A DNA stretch of 59,423 nt, the filler included, from Sphacelaria rigidula (Eukaryota): the NCBI GenBank assembly GCA_964200075.2. It is 7 parts of 7 records of this genome, joined end to end, with 100 filler letters (N's around TTAATTAATTAA, not from the genome) between each part and the next. Parts side by side here need not be neighbours in the genome. Positions count along the whole stretch, not along the records: positions 1 to 8,404 come from CAXNAA020011260.1; positions 8,505 to 16,908 come from CAXNAA020011261.1; 5 more parts are not named here. One strand, given 5' to 3'. Below, piece by piece: positions 1 to 11,560 of this stretch (positions are counted from its first letter, which is position 1; each line of letters opens with the position of its first letter). The notes below the pieces were generated by a model. It was not told where the DNA came from. It worked only from the letters and a program-made list of their open reading frames with translations, and searched no databases. Both the position numbers and the translations under genes were made by a program.

Positions 1-107
1 TCTGGCTTTTTTTGTTGCTGTGCGGTGGTGTTGTGTGGTGGCGGCCGTGCGCTTGCGGGGGCGCGCGGGGGCGGGGGGGGGGGGGGGGGGCTATCGTAAA
101 AAGCGCC

Positions 108-1880
108 TACTCGAAAACAATCTGTACAAGTCTCGACGCTAACAGCTTGTAGAATCGCCTAGCGGCTTGTCGAAGACCGTAAAGAGGTTTGTTCAAATGA
201 GCAGAGTTCCCTGACATTGATCCACAACCAGGGGGTAAGGTCATATGTGCCTCGTAGTCCATATCCGACTGAACGAAGGCCTGTTCTACGTCGAAATGAC
301 TAAGACTTCATCTAAATGTGTTTGCCAATGCTACAAGAAGACAAATTGTTGCAGTATTCGCAGCAGGTGCAAATACCTCGAGGAAATCAATGCGGTACTG
401 TTGACTAAATCCTTTGGCTACAAGCCTAGCCTTTGCCTCACAAATTTCATCGTTGGTATCGGTCTCCCACTTGAGAAAACACTTGGCGCTCACGATGTCA
501 CTCGCCTGAGGAACCGATCCCACCAAGGTAAACCTCCCTGCTGTAAGCAACCCTTCGAACTGTAGATTCATAGCCTCCTCCGAGAGGTCAGCATGTGCAG
601 CGGTGCGGGTTTCGGCAACCATTGTGGCTTCTGGCTCGCTGTATTTGGCAGGTCTAGCGGATATTTCGCTCGGCTTCTTCGACGTTCTCTGCTCAGCAAT
701 CAGCGCGTGCAAGGTTTGGTCCCCATTGATGGATCGCAGCGAGGATAACAAACCGGTTGCTTGTTGCTGGTTCAGCACCCGAGTTTGTACTCGCGTCCTG
801 CCCTTTCTGCGTTCTTAGTCATTTTGCGGGCCTGCATTGTACGCCTCGAGCTGTTTCAGCGCGTTGCGTCTTCGCGTTGGTAGACCATCTCTATCGGGGA
901 CATTACCGCTGCTGTTCATGGGGAACGATACAGGTGCTGTTATACTACTGGGAGATGATGGCGCAGACGCTGATCGATCAAGAAATGGCGAGGGCGACGC
1001 TGATGACGGTGCGATGCTGCGTAATAGTGCTAGTTGTAATGTGGCGTCTAGCGGCAATGGATTATCGACAACTAAGCGCAGGTTCGCCGCCTCTACCAGT
1101 TGTTGACTGTACTCCCCCTTCTCTCCGTCTCGAAAGGGATGCGTGATCAATGGTCAAACGACTAAGGCAAGAAACAAATGAGTACACCCCCCCCGCTCCC
1201 CTCTCTCTTCCTCTCCTTGGGACGGTAGCCGTCAATGGAGAATCCACCTTCTTGTCAGTGGCCACACTCACGCCAACTCGTCGTTGCAGGATTTCATCCC
1301 CCCCTCCCGTTTCTGCTGTAGTCGGTGATGGAGGTTGCGGAAGCGGGGAAGACTGCGGCTATGCTTCCCAGGTGCCGTGTCGAATCCCAGTGATTTGCCC
1401 TCCCCGCATTAGCACACGGTAAGAGTCACGCGCATGCTTGCGCGAAGGCCTGAAATAGAAGCAACTCTCTGCCTTAGGCAGCAGCTTAGATGATCGCTTC
1501 CATCAGCGGTACGCTAGCTCAAGGAAGGGGTGTGGCCTGGCCGGCATAGCCGCTCCGAGCCACATTTTGTTCATTGACTTGTTTTCCCAGTTGGAGGTCG
1601 AAGTAGTGCAGTTGAGCTATTCACACGCCCAATGAAACACCTCAGCCCATAGCTTCTCGGTCGCCGGCAAGTAAACATGACCGAACGATACCTTAGCCTG
1701 AATTATTTCCACCTTTGCCGCCACCTCAATGGTTCCTAAACCACGCTCTGCAACACCGTTGAACTGGGGACTGTTGGCGGGTGTAAAATCGTGCTTAATC
1801 CACCGCTTATCACATACCGCTCTGAAATGATTCTCGAAATATTCTCCCCCGCCGTCAGATCTCTCTATCTACACTATCGA
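108..1880 (-). mobile_element. Ty1/copia LTR retrotransposon remnant (integrase core, linker, reverse transcriptase), with stops and frameshifts
   Basis: Minus-strand translation gives the integrase core SDGGGE..F...CDKRWIKHDFTPANSPQFNGVAERG (about 1560-1870). RT motifs follow: KARLVAKGFSQQYRIDFLEVFAP, HFDVEQAFVQ, LNKPLYGLRQAAR (about 120-560). INT before RT is the copia order. There is an in-frame stop near 308. Confidence 0.93.
1126..1194 (+). mobile_element. Short copy of the C-tract-ended element (...GACTAAGGCAAGAAACAAATGAGTACACCCCCCCC) inserted in the copia linker
   Basis: About 60 nt nearly identical, as reverse complement, to 34016-34075. The same motif occurs at 23030-23077, 37779-37818 and 46632-46680. 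It is flanked by similar CTCCCC(C)TTCTCTC / CTCCCCTCTCTC sequences. Confidence 0.7.
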
Positions 1881-2182
1881 AGGAAATCAGTCAGCTCGCA
1901 CACTCACGAGGAAACGATTGAAAGTCAGATCAGACTCAATCTTTCGTGTCAAGACATCCAGTCAGGATTTCCTGCTATCGTCCTTGACGATCATCGGGTA
2001 GTGTTTACCCCCACACAACCTACCTATTTTCGGCCTTCTAGGTCTGCGAAAACCCTGCCCAGTTTGTTTTGAGCTCTATCATCAGTCTGATGTGGAATAA
2101 CTTTCCTGTATCCCTTTGCCGTCGAGCATCCAGTTCATGCGTGCATGTTTCCTTCAAGTATGATACCTGAATGTTTAGCAAT

Positions 2183-2625
2183 AACAACCGATCATCGGAA
2201 TTGAGGATGGGGCTTTTCATTGAGGATAAGATCCCGGAGGGTTAAAATCTTCGTATCCACACCAAATCTTCGAAATACGGTTTTATTCCTTCACCTACTG
2301 GTAGCTATTGACAACTGCTATATGTCCCACAAATTTGGATTTTGATAAGCGAAATATTGGGGTCCTAGGTGAACAACCAAGTTCGGGGGTTTCGGCGATC
2401 CGATCGGATCACCCGAATTCCCCAAAGCTGTTTCTTCATCTGAGACCCCAATATTTCGGTTATCGAAATTCAAATTTGTGGGACATATAGCAGTTGTCAA
2501 TAGCTACGAGTAGGTAAAGGAATGGGACCATATCTCGAAGATTTGGTGTGGATACGAAGATTCTAATCCCCCAACTTCTCATCCTCAATGAAAAGCTCCA
2601 TCTTCAATTTCGATGATCGACTGTT
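2183..2625. mobile_element. ~440-bp palindromic (foldback) non-autonomous DNA element, copy 1
   Basis: Arms of about 215 bp are imperfect reverse complements centred on GATCCGATCGGATC (2397-2410). Termini are AACA..TGTT, flanked by CAAT (2179-2182 and 2626-2629). A second copy lies at 9274-9717. Confidence 0.88.
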
Positions 2626-4844
2626 CAATATGCTTCAACAGCTGTTGATGAGCATGACCGTAGATGTAGTTCCAATTTTCAAATTGGCTGTTGTCTCAGG
2701 CCATTCCAGCTTCGGCATTGGATTTCTGTGACAGAAAAACAAGCAGAGCGTTTCGAGAATTTTTCAAAAAACAAGCAGAACTTTTCAAAAACTGCCCAAA
2801 ACGTGACTTTATTATATGGAGTACAGGGTAGTACACTGAACACAACACAGTCCTGCAGTGTTTGCAGTGTTACTTTTTATGACCTGAGGACGCCTACAGT
2901 GTTGTGCTCTTCAGAACCTACTGTACACACAGATATCGCATAGCAGATACCTGCTGTACACAGATATTGAACAGTAAACAGCAGACAACTCGTAGAACCT
3001 ACTGTACATACATATACTGCACAGCAGACAGCAGGCAAATTGTAGTACAGCGATGGTGGATCATCCAATCCCGCGAGGGAGCTACCGTACCGCTGATCAT
3101 CCGATCCCGCAACAGACAAGGCAGAGCAGCAAGCAGGGTGACAACTCAAGGTGAAATAAATTGGCCCCGCGTTTGAAATCCACCTCTCTGCTAGAATCGA
3201 GCCTATCCGAAATCAGGGGAAGAACTATCGCACGGGACATGTCCTGCATCACTGTGCCGCAGCACAAACACACTCATGCGCTGTCTCTTGCGCTGTAGCT
3301 GTTGCTGCACTGTGGTGTCTCCAGGCCGTTTCGAAGACGGCTTGGTCTCCGCCGGGACTGACTGCCCGAGTTGCTTTACTTCTGCCATGGCGTTCGCTTC
3401 GAAAACTAATGCTGACGGCACGCAGCGGTCTCTAAACACTCCAGTCAAACGAACAAGGCGCTTCCCACACCCAACATTTCTTCGTTTTAGTCGTCGTTGT
3501 GCTGTTGTGCATCTACACACTCTACGACGATCACAGTGTGATGTTTGCTGGAGAGTGCGTGAACATTTGTACTGCAGTGCTGCATGCTGTGTTCCGGTCT
3601 GCACAGAAGTGGGGTGAAATCAAAGTGCTGTACACAGAGTTGAAACGAGCACATGACGACTGTGCAGCTGTCAATCAGAAACGCGAAGATATTTAATTTC
3701 ACCTTTGAGTGACCCCTATCTGTGGGAGGTGAGCCAAAAATACACGCGTCACCTAAAAACAACGACCTGGCTCCTATGAAATGTACTATATAAACATGGT
3801 CCATATCTTAAAGCATGTGAGTGCTCGGTGTTGAGATAACATTGTTCCTCCGGATAACTCGCTCCACATCAGTGGGTGGAAACTCTTGGTGCACTAGTGT
3901 TCAGCTACTGTACTACTCGGGAAGCGAACGTCCCCGAGCTGCCACCCCACGTTTACCACCATGGCGAAGATAAGACAAGAACACGAACAGCAGCAGTTGT
4001 GGCCGCCACATACCAACGCATCTGCTGTGAAGGGCGTACCTGACATCGTGCAAGAACGAGAGAGTACGAACATCTGGATACCAGGACCAGCAGCGTCGGG
4101 CATGCTTTGGGTTCTGTCTCAACAACGTCTGTCACAAGACGGCCGTGTTTCATCGGTGAACTCGTCCTATACAAGCCAAGGGGTGAAAGGGCGTTCGCTC
4201 ATCATACGTGAGATTGTCCTTTCTACACATCCCCACAGAACAGAGCAGCACACGGCGGATTCCACCAAAGCAAATGGCGTGACATTGGTTCCAAAAAATA
4301 ATATTTGGTCGAAGGTGCAAGTTTGTGTACATCGCATGGTTTACATATCCTTTTTAGTATGTACAGGCAGTCAGCTCAAACATCGTAGCTCTGCTGACCT
4401 GAAGACAGAAAACCACACATACATACTGTACTGTACTCTGTACTGCTTTACAAGTGATTATCTCACCACCAGTGAAACCCAAGTACCTATACACTCGTCC
4501 TACCCAGCAACAGACATATTAAATGCGCTCATCGGCAGCTTCTGCAACGCTACATGAAGTCTGCCATGCAAGTTTATTTTGTTTCTCTTGACCCAAACTC
4601 GTTCATCCAGGTTAGCTTGGCCTTACGAAGATGGTACGACACCTTCACCATGTTGCACCTCTCTGCTGTAAAACTGCCGTACAAACACTTCTGTAGTACC
4701 CGCCGCGCAAGACATCGTGCTTGCGGTCAGTGGAGCTTGAAGCTGTTTGTATGTTTCAACTGCCGAACGTTCTAAGATGTTGTTTTTCGGGCCACAGTAC
4801 TGTGCAGTAAAAGAGCGGGGAATTTGGGGTCGGATCCGGTTTAA

Positions 4845-4942
4845 CCCTTAGACCGCGAGATTAGTCTTTCTGGATCATGCATACTTTTTTTCAATTGAAA
4901 TTGATGCCAATTCAACAAAAGACTAACCTCGCGGTCCAAGGG
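4845..4942. mobile_element. 98-bp piggyBac-type MITE (TTAA TSD, CCC..GGG ends)
   Basis: TTAA|CCCTTAGACCGCGAGATTAGTCTTT ... AAAGACTAACCTCGCGGTCCAAGGG|TTAA. Confidence 0.9.
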
Positions 4943-5259
4943 TTAAGAGAAAAGAGAGGTCGGTTCAAGAGAATTGGGTCCGGTTTGAGAGAAAGCAGGG
5001 TTTGGTTGAAGAGAGTGGTATGCCAAGCTTTTTTCATCTCTCTTAAACCGGCACTTAAACTGAGCTCTCTCAACCTGTGTACACCCTTGCTCGTGACTGC
5101 CGCCCTCCTTGAAGTCGCTGGTCTGTTTGCGTGCTGTTTTACCGTCTCGGTATCACTTGTTTCTCACCTTAGCTTGCTAGATTAGAACGGCGCATGATTT
5201 CTCATTATGCTCCTTTTCCATCATAACAAACGAAAAGAAAAAGAAAATTGGAAGCGCGA

Positions 5260-6290
5260 TGCAAAGCAAAGCAATCTATGAAATGAATAAATATCCATAC
5301 TTGTGATCGGGGGAGAACTTGAAGGCATAACTGCTCCCAGTGCAGAAGCTTCAAATTGCGCCCCTAGTCGATATGCTATGGCCGGTAACATACCATCCTG
5401 ATTTGCAAATGCCACACATGAGTTAAATGCAGTCATTATGCCATCTGGACCTCCCAACCGGTCCAAAATCTCACCGTGGAATTCCGCATGAGGGAAACAG
5501 GTTACACCCTAGATCAGGGGCGTAAAATACGTCTTTCAACTCTGCTACATACTCGTTCTCCGCTGTCACGAAAACTACTGTCAGATTACCCTCCAACGAA
5601 ACATCACACGTCGCACCTCCTGTGCCACCAACACTGAATGTTAGTGGTGTAATCTCTTTTATGCATCGCAACGAATCCGCTAAATGATAAGGAGTACCAA
5701 TGTCACCATGCCACTCTCCACAGAAAGACCTAGAAACAGAAGCAGCCAATGATTTCAAGCTTGGAAGCTTACCACTGTCTTTCTTCAACTCGGCTTGATC
5801 ATCTTGGTCTGGAGCCCTGGCTACACGAGCTTTGCAGTCGCGAAACATGTGTGGAAGGCCACAGCGACAGCATTCCAACGCCCTCCTGCCAACTTTTTCA
5901 GCTTTCGGGGAAACCCTCGTGTAGTCAGGTTGAGCGTTTTGTATAGGTGTCCTAGCATTACCCTTACTTTCCCCCTCCGTCTTCGCTACTGAAGCTTCTT
6001 GCCCTGCACTGACGAATTCAGGTATACATTCCGCACACGTTCACCTATTGCTTCCCTATCACGTGGAAGCTGAATGCTCATAGCGTTTTTGACCATTTCA
6101 TTCTTGCTGGCAAGTCCGCGCAGCATAATAATGGAGCAAACGACCCCGTCATCCTCCTCTATCTCTCACATGAGAAGAACGACTAACCTTCCTAGAGCTG
6201 TGAGAAAAATGCGTGCGGATCCTCGCCTGGCTTCATCTTCAGTCTACTGAGTTTGTGCTCGTACACATTGATCTTTGCGTCGGTTAGGGG
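5260..6290 (-). mobile_element. Ty1/copia remnant: gag C-terminus, zinc knuckle, aspartic protease, start of GAG-pre-integrase
   Basis: Gag segment MKPGEDPHAFFSQL; CCRCGLPHMFRDC knuckle; WHGDIGTPYH (degenerate W..DSG.S.H); LKDVFYAPDLGCNLF; MDIYSFHRLL. Confidence 0.85.
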
Positions 6291-7419
6291 GGAAAGTAAT
6301 TACTCAACACACACCACGCCTTATTCGGTGATCTAGCGTTGCTAACAACGACCGTGGCATTCTTGCAAGTGATACTATCGTCAAGATGCCACCATGCATG
6401 CAGCCTGTGCTCGTTTGATTTGGCTGACTGTGAAACCCTTCTCAACCGAAGGTGACATATTTTGACCGATATCTGCAACCTATATATCTATCATACGGAG
6501 TGGTGTAAAGTTTAAACAATCCACACCGTTTTGCATGCATCGAAAAAAGCGCTTTCCAAGCTGGAAATTCCGTCCAGGTACCGTCAAACTTCAGACCAGG
6601 ACGCACTCAATACCTCTCATACCGAAAGACGGCACCCGTGCATCACCACTCCCAAGACGAGATCCAAGCACCTGTACATTCTCCCGCCATAAAGACGCAG
6701 GCCTGTGATACCTGCTGACCTCGCTGAAAGAACTGAGGTTCGCAACGCCGCCGTCCTTCTGTTGGTGGCATCTGCTTCATGCCCCCCGACGTACTCCGTG
6801 CGAGATGCTCCCGGCGCGCCTTCAAGCACAGAGAATTTCCCGCAACCCACACCCTAGTCGCTGTTTCCCCCGGACCCCTCAGGCTCCGTTCGAGAAGATC
6901 AATAACCTCTCGTATTTCCTCGCTGAGATTTCGTTTCTGGATATCTTCATTCTCTCGGGGGATTCGGGCCGGGCTTCCTTCCAATGTAGTGGGAGAAGTA
7001 CTCCGATGAGCCGGGCGTAGACGCTTCGTTACAGCTGATCAATCTGCACTATCAGCCGGCAACGCTAGCGTATTCAGTGATAGGTGCCTGCCCCGGGCAG
7101 CGCGTCCACAACCAATGAAGAAGAAATTAATCGTGGGAAACAAAGAAAGTGGCCCAAGAGGGGGTCGACAACTCTTACGTACAAGGCCTGGAATCACACC
7201 TCAAGCCAACCTCACGGGCCATGTAAACGCCCCGTGGCACATAGTTCTGCCCCGCGGACCGTTCCTACCATGATCCGGGTATCGTTCCTCTGTCCTACGA
7301 TTCTGGTATATCAAGACATGATAAGCTCATACGAACACAAGAACCTTCCTACGGAAATATTATACAACACCTATCCGATTATGATATGCAGTACCCCGAA
7401 ACGTATCTCATAATATCCC

Positions 7420-7760
7420 GAAAGATATCGCTGAATGCAGAATTAAGCAAACTATGAATACTACTATCTTGTCTACGCGTGCGAAGAACTTCACCGGATC
7501 TCCCTTCTTCATTCCTAATTCGTTGAAACTGCGTTTCCATTTCGACTTCTCGAAGAGCGTTCTTGGCCAGTGCCAGTTGCATAACATACGCCAACCTGCG
7601 CTAGGAGAGGTACTGTAGTATACATCCCCCTGCTTCGCAATTCACGATTCGTGATGCTCTCCGTCAAACCCGTCCAGGCAATAGGTGCCCGTCTTATGCT
7701 TGCCCCACCAATACCTTGAAAAAGCAAAATCGGGAAGTCGCGGAGGAGTCACCTACCGCC
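7420..7760 (-). mobile_element. Ty1/copia gag fragment
   Basis: Translation YYSTSPSAGWRMLCNWHWPRTLFEKSKWKRSFNELGMKKGDPVKFFARVDKIV resembles the copia gag (UBN2-type) region. Confidence 0.55.
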
Positions 7761-8339
7761 ATGTCAATTTCTGTAGTACACGCCTGGATACAATCATTAG
7801 ATGGGGCAAATCCCTAGAAACGTCTCTTCCATGACGGAAACTCTATGCTTCTTCCAAGCTTGGGAAAAGTAGTTTCGACGCTGCTTATTCCCTAGATCTT
7901 ATGGCAAGACAGCTCCTTCGTGCAATCTCAACCTCACCGACAGCTGGCAGCAGGCTATCGATGATAGCTCTACCTCAATGACCGGAAGCAGAACCTGCCC
8001 ACTCACCAGTCTTATGAATGGCACCTTCAGGATATGAGGACTGGTCTCCACCGACAGATCCCTCTGCCAGTCCGCCAGTATTCTCCCGACGCGCCTCGAT
8101 GCGTGACGGCTTTTCTTCAAAGGTCCTCGTCTGTGCCTCGAGAAGCTCCTGCAAGCCTTCAACTACGTCATCTTACTCCGCCATCTCAAAACGGCGAGTC
8201 GAGTTCGAACTGTACCTTATCGTGTTCCGATGATCGTGTTGATCAGATGATGGTGTGGCAACAACAGCGCAGTACCATCACAATACTGCCCTCGTGCAGG
8301 ACATCGCAAGAAGATGAAGATGATGTCTTACAAGGCTTT

Positions 8340-8358
8340 ATTATTATTCCTATTGTTG

Positions 8359-8404
<46 letters not shown>
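8340..8404. repeat. (ATT)n microsatellite at scaffold end
   Basis: Direct read of the sequence. Confidence 0.95.
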
Positions 8405-8504
8405 NNNNNNNNNNNNNNNNNNNNNNNNNNNNNNNNNNNNNNNNNNNNTTAATTAATTAANNNNNNNNNNNNNNNNNNNNNNNNNNNNNNNNNNNNNNNN
8501 NNNN
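8405..8504. other. Artificial scaffold spacer N44-TTAATTAATTAA-N44 (also 16909-17008, 25413-25512, 33916-34015, 42419-42518, 50922-51021)
   Basis: Six identical 100-nt spacers contain a six-frame stop linker. The intervening segments decrease in length from 8404 to 8402 bp. Confidence 0.99.
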
Positions 8505-8537
8505 CGAAAAAAGTGCACCCCTACCGTAGCATTGCTC
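8505..8537. mobile_element. Terminal TIR of a family-A MITE, truncated by scaffold start
   Basis: GTGCACCCCTACCGTAGCATTGCTC, identical to the end of 43160-43415. Confidence 0.8.
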
Positions 8538-8804
8538 CAATGTTTTCTGCTTGTCGAATCCCATATGCTGATAACGGTGCAGTATGCGGGATTTGCCCAG
8601 CAGCAGCTGACGCTTCTCGCAATAAATCTCTTTTCCCCCAATCTCCGGATGAATTGGAGGGCAAAGTGAAGATTTATTTCGAGCTTCTTCTGCTGTTCAA
8701 ATTCCAAATCTGCGAGTGTGCATGGGATGTGCGCAGCAGAATAAGCTGTTCGAAATAGATCCTGTTTTTGCCCAAAACAATTGGGCGAAAAGAGGTTCTG
8801 TTTT

Positions 8805-8900
8805 GAATAGCTTCTCCTGCTGTCCGAGATAAATCGTCTTTTTGCCCGATTCAAATCGGGCAAAAAGACGATTTATCTCGGACAGCAGGAGAAGCTATTC
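8805..8900. repeat. Perfect hairpin: 47-bp arms, 2-nt loop
   Basis: GAATAGCTTCTCCTGCTGTCCGAGATAAATCGTCTTTTTGCCCGATT-CA-AATCGGGCAAAAAGACGATTTATCTCGGACAGCAGGAGAAGCTATTC. Confidence 0.95.
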
Positions 8901-9099
8901 CAAAACAATAAATTTACAGATTTTGCACCAAAACAATTTGGAAATTTCAAATTGGGACGGCCTCTCCACAGGGTTGCTTGCAGGGTTTCGACAAAAACGT
9001 TATGCAAAATGTTATTACAGGTACTAGGGTTTGCAAATGCTACACAGGACGTTTCATGAAGACTGTGGAAAGCCCTGTGCAGCTCGTCCTACAGGGTGC

Positions 9100-10455
9100 T
9101 ATTTGTCCACGTGTGCTGCCTGGTTTCCCATTATCCCTTTTATCCCTATCCACATTTGCTTCATCCCTCTATCGAATTCTTCATTGTTACATTCACCACA
9201 CCCTTCCATACTCACTTCTTTTTCTTCTGCACCATCTCTTGAATCCCTTTCAGACTTCAGTATGCTCCTCCCATACAGCCGATCGTCGAAATCGAGCATG
9301 GAGCTTGTCATTGAGGATGATTACCCGGAGAATTAAAATCTTCGTATCCACACTAAATCTTCGAAATATGGTTCAATTCCTCATCTTGCTGGTAGCTATA
9401 GACAACTAATATACGCCATGAAAAATTGGATTTTGATAACCGAAATGTTGCGGTCCTGGGTGAAGAACCAATTTTGGGGACTTTAGGTGGTCCGATCGGA
9501 TCGCCGCAATTCCACGAAATTGTTTCTTCACCCAGGACCCAACCATTTCGGTTGTCGAAATCCAAATTTGTATGGCGTGTAGCAGTTGTCATTAGCCACC
9601 AGCAAGTGAAGAAATGGAACCATATTTCGAAGATTCGGTGTGGGTACGAAGATTTCATTTCTCGGGGTTCTCATCCTCAATGAGAAACTCGATCCTTACT
9701 TTCAATGGTCGGCTTCTCCGTCCTACCGTCGTAGTTTTGCTCGATACATATGTATCTTGCGTGGGCCTCTTTCCTTACTCCTACAGCCTCGTTTACTTTC
9801 TAATCCCACTTTTTACTACTCTGTTGCATACGATCAATTTCTTCCCTAAAACTTCACTCGATGTGCCCTTGACCAACTACTCTCACCCTTCTGTAATCTT
9901 TGCTGCTTCCCGATCTCTTTTCATTCCGTATCAACTGTACCTACGCTCTCCAACAGCCCGGAAAATTTTACTTCATTTTTGGTCACCTCTTTTTGGAACT
10001 CGTGCTGTTTTTTTTCCAATTTTAGTTAATATGTTCTCCATTTGTACAACTCTCCAACCCGCCTCTTTCTTTTAGCTCTCGACTGTTGACGTTCTGTCCA
10101 TATCGGGCAGTGATCTGTAGTTCCCACGTCCTCTGAGCATACATGCACTGCCATTTTTTTTACTATTTCCATGCTCTATCACTATCTAGTCAAGAACGGA
10201 GCATTCTTTCTCGTCTCTGCATATTCTAGTCCATGTCCATTGCGCCTCTGGCTTTTGTCCTCTATCATTCAGCGTCTTAATCTCGATATTTTCAAGGAAC
10301 TTCGGTATTTCTAACCAAACTTGTTCTTGTTATCTTCTCCGTATTGCCCAATGATATCATCCTGTTCACCTACTTTTCCAAACCTTGCGTCAAAATCTCC
10401 TACTAACATCACTGCTTATTGCCTTTGATACGTATGTACATCTAATGCTATCTCA
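9100..10455 (-). mobile_element. LINE ORF2 remnant (APE endonuclease C-terminal half plus EN-RT linker), interrupted by a foldback element
   Basis: Minus-strand VMLVGDFDARFG (GDFNA motif), WTR...SVLD and DHCPIW. Linker MKQMWIGIKGIMG. Multiple stops and frameshifts. Confidence 0.8.
9274..9717. mobile_element. ~440-bp palindromic foldback element, copy 2 (more diverged)
   Basis: Colinear with 2183-2625 and centred on TCCGATCGGA. The TSD is not clearly preserved. Confidence 0.85.
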
Positions 10456-10741
10456 TCAGACCTCCACACGCGACCATCCGGCTACCGCCGAAGGTCCTCC
10501 AGGGGATTCTCCGAACGTCACCCTAAGTTTCGTCCATTTTGAAATCCCCACTAGAAAATAATATTGGTTATTCGCAATCCTCTAGAAGATTTTTAATGTT
10601 GGAATCTCCCTCGAAGTTCTGTGTCAATATCGAAATCCTCTAGTTTTTTTTCAAAGTCACTCGTGCTATGGAAATCCGGAATTCGAACAGCCTCTGTTGT
10701 ACAAATACCATACACTGGCGGGTATGATTTGTACAGCAGCG

Positions 10742-11149
10742 GACAGAAAATCGCATAAAATGAGGCTGTACGATGATATGAGATTCGAACCCGGAACAGT
10801 GCTTTCCCCACACTTACAGCGATGGTACCCAATGACTTTTTTGTCGGCTTAATGTCCTTCGATCGCGTGGTTGCTTCTTCAGCGCAATTTACCGCCTTTG
10901 TGAGCTTACAGCGCTGGGCGAAACCGTAATTTTCCCTGATTTTCTCGAGGGGCGGTATCAGGGGAAACAACGGTTTCGGTCATCACTGTAAGCTCACAGA
11001 GTCGGTCAAACGCTGAAGAAGTACCTACGCGACCGAGGGTCAGTAGGCCGACAAAAGCGTCATCGGGCATCATCGCTGAAAGTGTGGGGAAAGCACTATT
11101 TTGGGCTTGAATCTCATTTCATCGTACAACCTCATTTTATAGAATTGTC
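10742..11149. mobile_element. ~410-bp imperfect palindrome (second foldback/MITE family)
   Basis: Paired arms include ATAAAATGAGGCTGTACGATGA / TCATCGTACAACCTCATTTTAT, AGTGCTTTCCCCACACTT / AAGTGTGGGGAAAGCACT and TGTGAGCTTACAG / CTGTAAGCTCACA. The centre is near 10948. Confidence 0.85.
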
Positions 11150-11257
11150 TCTTAGAAGGTGTTCGAATAAACCTCGTTTTGTTCACCAATCCATGCTGAA
11201 TTTGGACAAAAAAGGACGTATTTGCAGCAGCCTCTGCTGTTCAAGTCCCACATACTC

Positions 11258-11560
11258 TTTTTTTTCCTCACACTTTGAACACCCCGCCTTCCTCGGGATG
11301 AGTCCGTGGTCTCAAGGGATCAACCCATCTCTCCCCCGGTACGTGCCTTTCATTTTGGTCTCGCGGACTGGGTCAGCACTTCCGCATCGCGTCAACTCAC
11401 GTCACACAAGCCCAGTCGACTACTTTGTTTATTCACGTTCTCACGCTTTCCGCGGTAAAAATCATACATTACGAAGAAAAAACCCCACCGCACTGGGAAT
11501 CGAACCCCCGTTCTCTCCACCCTAATGGCGACAGTCGGACCATTACACCACCGGGGCGCG
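11258..11560 (-). mobile_element. tRNA-derived SINE
   Basis: The minus-strand head GCGCCCCGGTGGTGTAATGG (A box) ... GGTTCGATTCC (B box) is followed by about 220 nt of non-tRNA body and an A-rich tail. Confidence 0.8.

Noticed and set aside
3203-4557. ORFs of 113-198 aa
   Set aside because: No motifs or consistent splice structure that I can support.
8449-8460. TTAATTAATTAA repeated at a regular ~8.5-kb spacing
   Set aside because: This is a synthetic six-frame stop linker, not a biological periodicity.
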